Shown piece after piece: positions 9,833-18,637 of a stretch of 64,000 nucleotides of DNA. Each line of letters begins with the position of its first letter. The stretch's first letter is position 1. The notes under the pieces are model-generated. The model saw nothing but the letters and a program-made list of their open reading frames with translations. It was not told where the DNA came from and made no database searches. Origin of the DNA: an uncultured Brachyspira sp. (GTDB lineage: Bacteria; Spirochaetota; JAAYUW01); the NCBI GenBank assembly GCA_964581895.1, contig CAZOPR010000004.1:170517-234516 (forward strand), written 5' to 3'. A program made the position numbers and the translations under genes.

Positions 9833-10970
9833 TTTGCCTCCTAATAATATGCTGATTTTGTTCTAAAAAACTTATAAAAGATTTTGATAAATAAGGGTCA
9901 AATTGATTTCCACTACATTTTTTAAACTCTTGTACTATATTTCTAAAATCAAGAGCCTTTCTATATGGTCTATCTGTAGCCATCGCATCTAATGAATCTG
10001 TTAAAGCAAGTATTCTGCTTTCAAAAGGGATACCTTCACCTTTTAATTTATCTGGGTAGCCATATCCATCCCATCTTTCATGATGATGGCGAATTATTCT
10101 CCTTTCTTTTGATAAAAACTCAAGTGGTTCAAGTATATGTTCTCCCATTTCTGGGTGTTTTCTAATAAAATTTACATCCATAGTAGATAATTCTTCTTTT
10201 TTATTTAAAAGTTCATAAGGTATTCCTATTTTGCCAATATCATGAAGTAAAGCAGAAATCTCTAAAGATTTTATCTGATACTTTGGTAAATTAATAAAAA
10301 ATGCAAAATTTACAGTATAAAATGCAACCCTTGAAGAGTGTCCTTTAGTATAAGTGTCTTTTATTTCCATAGCAGAAACTAATGAATTTATGGTATCTAA
10401 AAAATTTGCTTCAATTTTTTCGAGAAGTTGAGCATTTTTAAGAGCAAAAGCCATCTGAGATGCTATTATAGATAGAATTGAGATATCATCGGAATTTATA
10501 TCTAAATGTTTTTCAGATTCAAATAATAAAAAACCAAAAAGCTCTTTCTGGTAAGCTATCGGAATATAAATATGAGCTGATATTGGTTTTTTGGAGATTT
10601 TTCCCTGTATCTTTTCATTAAAAATCTTAAAGGTTATTGTTAATGAATTTTTTGCGAAATTAAGCATTTCATCTGGTTTAAATGGGGTTGAATCATAAAT
10701 TTTATATGCAATTTCCTTTCCCCGGATAAAAAATTGATCCTCTTCATCGTTATAATTTATGAAAGTTCCTTCTTCAAATTCGTAGATCTTTTTAATATGT
10801 TCAATAGTAAAACTTATAGTATCTTTGTAAATATTTGAATAGGTAAAGTTTTCAAACTTTTTTGCAAATGCATATAGAGATGATATTAGGTAACTTTTTT
10901 TTGATATAATATCACCCAAATCGGCATTTAAATCAAAATCTGAAATAATTTGCTTCTGATCTTTTTCCAT
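9822..10970 (-). CDS. HD-GYP domain c-di-GMP phosphodiesterase with an N-terminal GAF-like sensor region
   Basis: ALLHDIGKIGIP ... HHERWDGYGYP ... LTDSLDAMATDRPYR, the diagnostic HD-GYP motifs. Confidence 0.85.
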   Translation of the reverse strand: MEKDQKQIISDFDLNADLGDIISKKSYLISSLYAFAKKFENFTYSNIYKDTISFTIEHIKKIYEFEEGTFINYNDEEDQFFIRGKEIAYKIYDSTPFKPDEMLNFAKNSLTITFKIFNEKIQGKISKKPISAHIYIPIAYQKELFGFLLFESEKHLDINSDDISILSIIASQMAFALKNAQLLEKIEANFLDTINSLVSAMEIKDTYTKGHSSRVAFYTVNFAFFINLPKYQIKSLEISALLHDIGKIGIPYELLNKKEELSTMDVNFIRKHPEMGEHILEPLEFLSKERRIIRHHHERWDGYGYPDKLKGEGIPFESRILALTDSLDAMATDRPYRKALDFRNIVQEFKKCSGNQFDPYLSKSFISFLEQNQHIIRRQNET

Positions 10971-11092
10971 CTCTATAATAAAATTATAGCATTTTATATA
11001 ATCTTCAAGAGTATTAACAAAAATTTTGTAATATTTCTTGAAATTTATACTATTTAATATTTGAAATTAATATTTAAAAAATTTAACGAGGT

Positions 11093-11719
11093 TTGATTAT
11101 GGAATTGGCAGAAAAAACTTTAATTGAATCTGAAGTAAATGAAAAAAGCAGTAAGATTTTGGAAAAAAATCTTAAGCTCATACTTGATTTTGAGACAAAT
11201 CAACAAAGTGAGCTGATAGATTTCATTTACAGATCTATCTATACTCATAATCTACTCTGGGACTTAAATACTTCGGTGGAGTTTAAAGAAAAGGTTGTCG
11301 CGTTGACTAGAATTTTACAATATTTTTTAGATTTCAAGTCTAGGTGGCCCGCGACAATCTCCTCTGCTGAAGAAGTTGTTAAATATATTAGAAACTTTTG
11401 CGCACCAGATAGAGAGACTTTCATAGCAGTATATCTAGATACACATAATAATGTTATTTCTACCTCTATCATTTCATATGGAACTATCGATTTTGCCTAT
11501 GTAAACATTAAGATGATCTTTTCTTATGCATTAAAATTTGAATCTTCTAAAATAATTCTAGTTCATAATCATCCAAGTGGAGATCCTTCGCCCTCTTCAG
11601 AAGATGTATCTTTTACAAATAAGATTTCGAGTCTGGCAAAAGATTTTGGGATTGTATTATTGGATCATATAATAATAGCAAATACATATTTTTCTTTTAA
11701 GTGTGAAGGGCTTTTATAG
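11093..11719 (+). CDS. RadC-like JAB/MPN domain protein (UPF0758 family)
   Basis: C-terminus ILVHNHPSGDPSPSSEDVSFT...VLLDHIII, the JAB metalloprotease-like signature of RadC. The N-terminal 120 aa lack the usual HhH region. Confidence 0.75.
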   Translation: MIMELAEKTLIESEVNEKSSKILEKNLKLILDFETNQQSELIDFIYRSIYTHNLLWDLNTSVEFKEKVVALTRILQYFLDFKSRWPATISSAEEVVKYIRNFCAPDRETFIAVYLDTHNNVISTSIISYGTIDFAYVNIKMIFSYALKFESSKIILVHNHPSGDPSPSSEDVSFTNKISSLAKDFGIVLLDHIIIANTYFSFKCEGLL

Positions 11720-11803
11720 TAAAATTTTGTAGCAAAAATTAAATAAATGTTGAAAATATTCTTATTAAATTTATAGTTGTTTTCAAAATAAAAAGGTGGA
11801 AAA

Positions 11804-12721
11804 ATGTTGTCAATTGATAAGTTGATTTATGAAATGAAAAAGAAAAGATCTGCTATCTGTTTAGGGCTAGATCCATTTTTAGAAAAGATACCTTCAAAAT
11901 TCATCGAAGAAGGAGAGTTTTATTTTGGAAAAACAGCCAGTGCATATTCTTACGCTGTTTTACAGTTTAACAAAAAGGTTCTTGAACTTAGTAAAGATAA
12001 GGTTGCTGTTGTAAAACCTCAATTTTCTTTATATGTCAAGCTTGGTGTAGAAGGGATTTTGACTTTCAAAAACACTGTTTCTTATGCAAAAGAACTGGGT
12101 TTTTTAGTCATTGTTGACGCTAAATCAAATGATATAGATTCTTCTATGGAAGGTTATGTAGATGGATTTTTAGGTAAAACAAAGCTTTTTAATAACGAAT
12201 ATTCTGCTTTTGATGCGGATTTCTTGACAGTAAACCCCTATTTAGGTGTTGATTCTTTTAAATCCATTAAAAAAACCATTGAAACCCGACAAAAAGGAGC
12301 TTTTGTCCTTGCTAAAACATCAAATCAGTCATCAAAAGATTTTCAGGATAAAATGATAGATGGAAAACCTCTTTACTGGCATGTTGCAAAAAAAGTTACT
12401 GAATATTTTTATGATTGTAAAAAAGAAAATGGATTTTTGCCTGTCGGTATTGTCGTAGGAGCAACGATGGCTGATGAACTTAAATTTTTAAGGGAAGAAT
12501 TCCCTGATTTATTCTTTTTAATTCCTGGTTATGGAACACAAGGTGGAACAATAGATTCATTGAGCAAGATAGTGAAAGAAAATGTTGGTTTTGTCGTTAA
12601 TGCATCAAGATCTATTCTTTATTCATACTTAGATAAAAACAAAGATTTCGATTTTGAAATAGCAATATCAAAATCAATAGATGAAATGAATGATGAACTT
12701 AATAAAGTGGTTAAATACTAA
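11804..12721 (+). CDS. pyrF: orotidine-5'-phosphate decarboxylase, type 2
   Basis: AICLGLDP, VVKPQFSLYVKLG, IVDAKSNDIDSSM (catalytic D-x-K-x-x-D), NPYLG, VLAKTSN, VGATMADE, IPGYGTQGG. Block-by-block agreement with actinobacterial type-2 PyrF. Confidence 0.85.
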   Translation: MLSIDKLIYEMKKKRSAICLGLDPFLEKIPSKFIEEGEFYFGKTASAYSYAVLQFNKKVLELSKDKVAVVKPQFSLYVKLGVEGILTFKNTVSYAKELGFLVIVDAKSNDIDSSMEGYVDGFLGKTKLFNNEYSAFDADFLTVNPYLGVDSFKSIKKTIETRQKGAFVLAKTSNQSSKDFQDKMIDGKPLYWHVAKKVTEYFYDCKKENGFLPVGIVVGATMADELKFLREEFPDLFFLIPGYGTQGGTIDSLSKIVKENVGFVVNASRSILYSYLDKNKDFDFEIAISKSIDEMNDELNKVVKY

Positions 12722-14159
12722 AGGCAAATTTTCTTACGATAGATTAATATTTTTTCTTACTGCTCCACTTATCTTACTTGGTTCTTTTATTGGCGGGCAA
12801 ATATTAAATAACATATACTTTTTGAATCAATTTTACTTAATATGTTTAATATTGCTTTTTCTCCTTTTAATTCTTTTAGTTTTTGCATACTTTTTAATTA
12901 AAAATAATAAAAATGTAGTTTTACTATTCTTTATTTTTATTTTAATTATTTTATCTTTTTCTGTTTTGTATCGATTTTCCATTGGAGATTTATCTTATAA
13001 CTATTCTACCTTACAGCAATATATTGCTAAATATCCATATTTTTATGTAAGAACGACAGATTTTATTCAAGATTATGAAAAATATTCAAGAATCAAGGCA
13101 TATATTATTGGCTTTACAGATTTTAAAAAGATTGAAAAGACAAAAATCTTTGTCTATTTTTATTCAGATACAATATCATCCATATCATCTGGAAGTATTT
13201 TCCTTTTTTCAACAGATCTTCTTAAAAAATATTCTACTATTAATTTTTTAGAAGATAGGCAAAGAATTTGTCTTTCAAGGATAGATTCTATAGCAAGGAT
13301 AAAAGATGGCAGTTGGTTAGGTAAGTTTAGAATAAATGTAAGAAAAATTATATTTGAAAAGCTTTTTAAGTTTTATGATAGATGGAATGCAGCAAGTATT
13401 TATGCCATCATTACTGGCAGTAGGCAATTTATCTTTCAACCTTTGATGGATGCTTTTCAAAATACTGGGACATCACATCTTTTTGCACTTTCTGGTCAGC
13501 ATCTAAGTATTTTACTATTAATTTTAGGAATATTTACTTCAAATTCGATTATTCTAATATTATTCTCTCTCTTATACCTTGCTTTCGCTGGCTGGCAAGT
13601 ATCTTTTTTAAGGGCATTTTTTTCTTTATTATTTGCCATAATCATAAAAAGATACAACTTAAAGCCCAACTTTGAAAATATATGTGCAATTTTAACCTTG
13701 CTGGTTTTTATCTTTGAACCAGTAGATGTTTTATCTATAAGTTTTTTGCTTTCTTTAAGCGCTATAATGGCAATACTTGCCATTTATCTTATAGTTCCAA
13801 AATTTAAAAAAAAGATTTTTAATGTTGTTTTATTACCATTTTTATTTAGTCTCAATATTAGTTTTTTTCAAATGCCAATAATACTATCAACATTTGGAAA
13901 GACACATCTATTGAGTCCTATCATAAATCTTGTTGCAATACCATTATTTTGCATAACTATTTATTTTGTGGTTGCTTCTTTATTTATAAATCCATTTTGC
14001 ATTTTCAGTAATATTAGTTCTGGCCTATTGAATTTATTATCATTATTTTTATTATTTTTTGCTAAATATAAGATATTTATTTTGAACTTAAAACTTTCGG
14101 AAGCTTTTGGCTTTTTATTATTTTTTTTAATTTACACATTATACTATTTGCTTACTTAA
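12690..14159 (+). CDS. ComEC/Rec2-family competence membrane protein, minimal form without the MBL nuclease domain
   Basis: TGTSHLFALSGQHLSILL, the ComEC core motif, plus many TM helices. The start overlaps the pyrF 3' end by 32 nt. No C-terminal beta-lactamase-fold domain. Confidence 0.7.
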   Translation: MMNLIKWLNTKGKFSYDRLIFFLTAPLILLGSFIGGQILNNIYFLNQFYLICLILLFLLLILLVFAYFLIKNNKNVVLLFFIFILIILSFSVLYRFSIGDLSYNYSTLQQYIAKYPYFYVRTTDFIQDYEKYSRIKAYIIGFTDFKKIEKTKIFVYFYSDTISSISSGSIFLFSTDLLKKYSTINFLEDRQRICLSRIDSIARIKDGSWLGKFRINVRKIIFEKLFKFYDRWNAASIYAIITGSRQFIFQPLMDAFQNTGTSHLFALSGQHLSILLLILGIFTSNSIILILFSLLYLAFAGWQVSFLRAFFSLLFAIIIKRYNLKPNFENICAILTLLVFIFEPVDVLSISFLLSLSAIMAILAIYLIVPKFKKKIFNVVLLPFLFSLNISFFQMPIILSTFGKTHLLSPIINLVAIPLFCITIYFVVASLFINPFCIFSNISSGLLNLLSLFLLFFAKYKIFILNLKLSEAFGFLLFFLIYTLYYLLT

Positions 14160-14185
14160 AATAGATTTATTAATCTAATGAATGA

Positions 14186-15402
14186 CTAATCTAAGAGAAA
14201 ATATTTGTTTTCTTGAAGAAGATGAAATAAAGCCATACTAAGATTATCTTTATCTTTATCTGATATATATGTGAACCCAACTGCGTAATACGGTTCACTA
14301 ACATAGACAATTTTGCATGAAACAGTCAGATGAAAAGACTTAATATAGATATTAACAAGCTTTAACTCTTTACCCTGGCTAAGATGCTGGAAAAAATTAG
14401 TATTATCTAACTTGCCCTTAAAACCACTCATTGAAATATTTACAATCTTCGAACTTATACCAAAGCCTTTTTCTACAATAAATGCAAAACATCTATTATT
14501 GTCTTCAACTTTTATTCTTATATTTTTTCTTCTTTCATTTATTTTAATCTCTGTTTTTTTAATCGAAGAGAAAATGTACTGGATTATTTCACTAGAAGAA
14601 AAGGATCTTCAAAAAAGACCTATGATTTGATAATTCTTGTTCGAAATAGGAACAGTTTTAAAGGATGCAATATCCATTTTTGAAATTCCAAAAATAAGAT
14701 TTACTTTAAATGGAATCTCATAGAAAAAATTATCTAAAAAGTAAGATAGTTATTTTCTAACCATGCAATAATCAATAATTATTGTACTGGTTTTCCTTTT
14801 ATTTATAAACTTTTTGAATTCTTCTTCATCTTCAAAATTATAGATTTCTATTCCTTTTGGTATAAGAGAAGTAGATAATTCTTCAATTAGATTACTTGTA
14901 AAACCATAAAAAATGAAAGAAAGAGGGGGTCAAATTTTATTTTATTAAAACATAAAATAATAAAAATATCTGAAATTTCGGTTCCTAATTGTAAAACCAA
15001 AATAGTTTCATACCTTATTTCATCAATTTTCTCTAGATAGTTTATTTGAGAAATTTTTATAGATGTTTTATTATTTGAATTTGAAATATTAAATAATTTT
15101 TGTAATTCATTTTTGAAATCAGAGCATAGATCAATCAATATTTTATTCTTATCTTCAATGCTTATTTCTGGTTTTCTTATATTACTTTTTTCTATCATCT
15201 TTTCTTTTAATTGATCTGTTAAAGTGATATATAGATCAAAGTTAGTTTTATTTGAAATATTAATAAAAAGAGCAGATTGATCTATTGGAAAGATATTTTT
15301 AACAGCAAAAAAAGACTTTTTTTGAGCTGCAATTTTACAATTTTTTTGAAATAACTCTACAATATTCACCAAAATAGTATTAAATTCAGTTTCATTAATC
15401 AT
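14186..15402 (-). pseudogene. Decayed paralog of the adjacent CheX-like/pseudo-receiver/PilZ gene (15501..16739)
   Basis: Three ORF fragments (14887..15402, the middle part, and 14186..14431) align collinearly to the 412-aa neighbour. Examples: FYGFTSNLIEELSTSLIPKGIEIYNF versus FYGFSEELIEEITNEFIPKGFEIYYA, and RRKNIRIKV...ISMSGF versus RRKHVRVNI...ISIGGF. The alignment shows a frameshift in the A6 run at 14908-14913 and two in-frame stops, TAA at 14750-14752 and TGA at 14609-14611. Confidence 0.8.
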
Positions 15403-15500
15403 AATATTACCTTTTTGAATAAAGATATAACTTTAGTTTAAGTTTAATATACATAATTGATGATGTCAAATTTACAAGAAGATAATATTATGATAGATAT

Positions 15501-16739
15501 TTATTTATTGCAAAGAATTTTGAAAATTGAATTTGAAATTAAATTTTTATCCTGTTCGATAAGATTTACAAAAGAGGCAGAAAAAGTATTATCTTTTATA
15601 TATAATATTTTACAGTTTACTTTTAGTCTGTTGTACTTTAAGAACATATCGGCTGAGTTCAGTATTTTACCGACTTCAATTTTATCTTTATTCTCAGGAG
15701 AATCTAATTCTGCTCTGAAACCACCGATGGAAATATCTTTAAGTTTAGCAGTAAATTTGCAATTTTTTTCATTTACAGAAATAAAAAATCTGCTGTTATC
15801 TGAAATATTAACTCTTACATGTTTTCTTCTATCATCTGGCTTTATCCCTATTTTTTGAAGAACAGAATAAAGATAACCAATAATCTCTTTTGTGGAAAAA
15901 GTTTTTAGAAAAAGACCTATAAGTTGATAATTTTCAGAGTTTGTAGGTATCCCTTGAAATTTTAATGCATCAAGTTTCGTAATACCAAATATGAGATTTA
16001 TCTTGTATTTTAAGCTAGAAAAATAGGATTTTAAGAAAATCTTAAAATCCTGGTTAACGACATAAAAATCTATAACAGCGATATCAAACTTTTTATTTTG
16101 TATTTGTTCGATAAAGTTTTTACTATTTTCAGCATAATAAATCTCAAAACCTTTTGGAATAAATTCATTGGTTATTTCTTCTATAAGTTCTTCTGAAAAA
16201 CCGTAAAAGATAAAAGAAATAGATCTTTCAAATTTTATTTCATTGATCCCTAAAAAAATAGAAAGATCACCAATATTACTTGTCATTTCCACTGCAAATA
16301 TAGATTCATAAAAGATTTCATCTTTTTCTGAAACAAATGTAACTGAGGAAATATCAACTTTTTTGCTATCTGCAAAGAGGAAATTTGAAATTTTGGCTGA
16401 AATAAGATTTCCTATTTCAAGAAAGGCAGAGTGTTTTAGTTCTTCTTCACTTTTTTTATCAACATTCATTTGATTGTTGGAAAAATTTTTTAAAAAATTC
16501 TGTAGTACATTATCTTTTAAGTTTTCATCAAATTTTATTATTATATCACCTTTTATATCGCCAGACAACTTTATAAGCAGTAAATCACTATTTACAGTTA
16601 GACTTTCATTTGAAGTATAAATATGCTTTTTAACTAAATTTGTGCCACTTATTTGTTTAATAACATTAATAGCAGAAAGAAGCACAATATTTAATACTCT
16701 TCCATCAATAATATTAGCTATATTGTTAATATTACTCAA
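15501..16739 (-). CDS. CheC/CheX-like phosphatase domain, degenerate receiver-like domain and C-terminal PilZ (c-di-GMP binding) domain protein
   Basis: N-terminus has the CheX-type AFLEIGNLISAKISNFL (E-x-x-N) motif. The middle region resembles a receiver domain with the phospho-acceptor position (DIAVID) but without the acidic pair. The C-terminus has RRKHVRV...DISIGGF, the canonical RxxxR...D/NxSxGG PilZ motifs. Confidence 0.7.
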   Translation of the reverse strand: MSNINNIANIIDGRVLNIVLLSAINVIKQISGTNLVKKHIYTSNESLTVNSDLLLIKLSGDIKGDIIIKFDENLKDNVLQNFLKNFSNNQMNVDKKSEEELKHSAFLEIGNLISAKISNFLFADSKKVDISSVTFVSEKDEIFYESIFAVEMTSNIGDLSIFLGINEIKFERSISFIFYGFSEELIEEITNEFIPKGFEIYYAENSKNFIEQIQNKKFDIAVIDFYVVNQDFKIFLKSYFSSLKYKINLIFGITKLDALKFQGIPTNSENYQLIGLFLKTFSTKEIIGYLYSVLQKIGIKPDDRRKHVRVNISDNSRFFISVNEKNCKFTAKLKDISIGGFRAELDSPENKDKIEVGKILNSADMFLKYNRLKVNCKILYIKDNTFSASFVNLIEQDKNLISNSIFKILCNK

Positions 16740-16741
16740 CT

Positions 16742-17806
16742 TTATACCTTGATTAGATTATTTTTAATAAATTTTTTTAAGGCTAAATAAAATATATCAT
16801 AGTTTTTTATTGGTGTCAAACCAAAATGTGCAACTCTAAAGACTTTTCCTTTTAATAATCCCTGTCCATGTCCCAAAGATAATGAGTAACTTTCTTTACA
16901 AAATTCAATAAAATTTTCTGCATATTCATATTCAAAAACTGATACAGCATTTGAACTTTGAACAGGAAATTGCTTTATCCCATAACCAAAACAATTTGAT
17001 CTTATATTATTTGCAATTTTTATATTTCTTTCAATAATGTTTTTTAATCCTAATTTTAAAATCTCTTTCAAAATTTTTTCAATATAGAATATGGTGTTTA
17101 TTGCTGGTGTAAATGGAGGATCATCAAGATATTTATTTAGATTGAAGTAATACGCAGTTATAGGATTTAGTTTTATTAGTTCGATAGCTTTTCTGCTTAA
17201 ACTTATAAAAGAAACGCCAGAGGGAGAGTTCAATCCTTTTTGTGAGCCTATTAAAATTGCATCTAAACCAAAAAGTTCCTGGTATATATAATCTGAAGTA
17301 AAAGCAGAAACAGAGTCAGCTATCGTGATTAAGTTATATTTTTGTCCAAATTGCCCAATAATTTGTGGATCACAAAAGATTCCTGAAGAGGTTTCGCAAA
17401 CCTGAAAGGTTATATGAGTATAATTTGAATTTGAAAGTTCTTTTTCGATTATTTCATAGTCAATTTTTCTATTTTCAAAAAATGAAATTTTTTTTACGGG
17501 AATAGAATATGAGTTACAGATATCATAAAATCTATCACCAAACTTTCCACTTGAAATTACAAGCACTTTACTATTTTTATTTGTTAGGCAAACCAATGAT
17601 GCTTCCATCGCTCCAGTCGAAGATGAAGTTAAAATAGCAATATCACCATAAGGATTATCCAATAAAAGTTTTAAATTATTTTTAACATTATACCAGCAAT
17701 TTAAGAATTCATTACTTCTTTGAGATACTGGAGTTTTAAGTAAATATTTTTCAAATCCATCTATAAATCCAGATGGACCAGGTAGAAGATTATATTCTTT
17801 TCTCAT
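16742..17806 (-). CDS. class-V (AGT/SgaA-like) PLP-dependent aminotransferase
   Basis: N-terminal NLLPGPSG and ILIGSQKGLNSPSG (PLP lysine in the SQK motif). The likely start is ATG at 17806 (MRKEYNLLPGP), not the longer ORF-track start. It overlaps the kamE stop by 17 nt. Confidence 0.75.
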   Translation of the reverse strand: MRKEYNLLPGPSGFIDGFEKYLLKTPVSQRSNEFLNCWYNVKNNLKLLLDNPYGDIAILTSSSTGAMEASLVCLTNKNSKVLVISSGKFGDRFYDICNSYSIPVKKISFFENRKIDYEIIEKELSNSNYTHITFQVCETSSGIFCDPQIIGQFGQKYNLITIADSVSAFTSDYIYQELFGLDAILIGSQKGLNSPSGVSFISLSRKAIELIKLNPITAYYFNLNKYLDDPPFTPAINTIFYIEKILKEILKLGLKNIIERNIKIANNIRSNCFGYGIKQFPVQSSNAVSVFEYEYAENFIEFCKESYSLSLGHGQGLLKGKVFRVAHFGLTPIKNYDIFYLALKKFIKNNLIKV

Positions 17807-18563
17807 CTTTTTTCTTAAGTAAACTTTGAAGTATAAATGTTGCAACATCTTCAGGGAAAGTACCAACACCAAATCCAGCATCAAAACCAAGTTCAAGTGC
17901 AAGCTCGTGAGTTATCCTAGGTCCGCCTGCTACAGCAAGAACTTTATCTCTTAGTTTTTCGGCTTCCAAAAGTTCAATAAATTTAGTCATATTTGCAATA
18001 TGAACATCTTTTTGTGTAACTATCTGGGAAATCAAGATTACATCGGCATTCACCTTTTTAGCAAAGGCTATAACCTCCTCTGAAGGTACCTGTGCACCAA
18101 GATTAAATACTTCAATACCATGATAAGATTCAAGTCCCTTATGTCCAGCAATACCTTTCATATTTAAAATGGCATCTATTCCAACAGTATGTGCATCTGA
18201 TTCTATGCAAGCACCAACCACGACAATTTTTCTGCCAAGTTCTTTTTCTATTTTTTCTACAATTGTATGCTTATCCCATACCTCTTTTGTAGCTTTTGGT
18301 ACTACAATGTTTGTAAAATCTATAGTTTTATTTGCAACTGCATATGCAATAAAAAATGAAAACCCAACACCCATTTTATCCATATGAGTAATCATGACAT
18401 TTTCAAAACCTAAAAGTTCAAGGTATCTTTTTGCACATTCTTTTGCCTCATCTCCATATGGAACTGGAAGAGTAAAAGAAAATTGAATTTTACCATCATC
18501 AAGAGCATCACCATATGGTTTGACCTTTTTCAAATCTATCTCTTTTGCTTTCATGTTAGCCAC
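17790..18563 (-). CDS. kamE: lysine 5,6-aminomutase beta subunit (B12-binding)
   Basis: VKPYGDALDDGKIQFSFTLPV, VVVGACIESDAHTVGIDAI (DxHxxG cobalamin-binding motif), ILISQIVTQKDVHIANMTKFIELLEAEKLRD. About 257 aa, close to clostridial KamE throughout. Confidence 0.85.
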   Translation of the reverse strand: MANMKAKEIDLKKVKPYGDALDDGKIQFSFTLPVPYGDEAKECAKRYLELLGFENVMITHMDKMGVGFSFFIAYAVANKTIDFTNIVVPKATKEVWDKHTIVEKIEKELGRKIVVVGACIESDAHTVGIDAILNMKGIAGHKGLESYHGIEVFNLGAQVPSEEVIAFAKKVNADVILISQIVTQKDVHIANMTKFIELLEAEKLRDKVLAVAGGPRITHELALELGFDAGFGVGTFPEDVATFILQSLLKKKDEKRI

Positions 18564-18637
18564 CTTATTTTTATAATTTTTATAAAATTAATTTTATAAA
18601 ACTTTAAATTTATAAATATTACCCAAATTTCAATTTT

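Noticed and set aside
14600-14760. Possible stop-codon reassignment suggested by in-frame TAA and TGA inside a conserved reading frame
   Set aside because: Both stops occur only in the decayed paralog, which also has a frameshift. The intact paralog and all other genes terminate at ordinary TAA, TGA or TAG with sensible C-termini. This is a pseudogene, not recoding.
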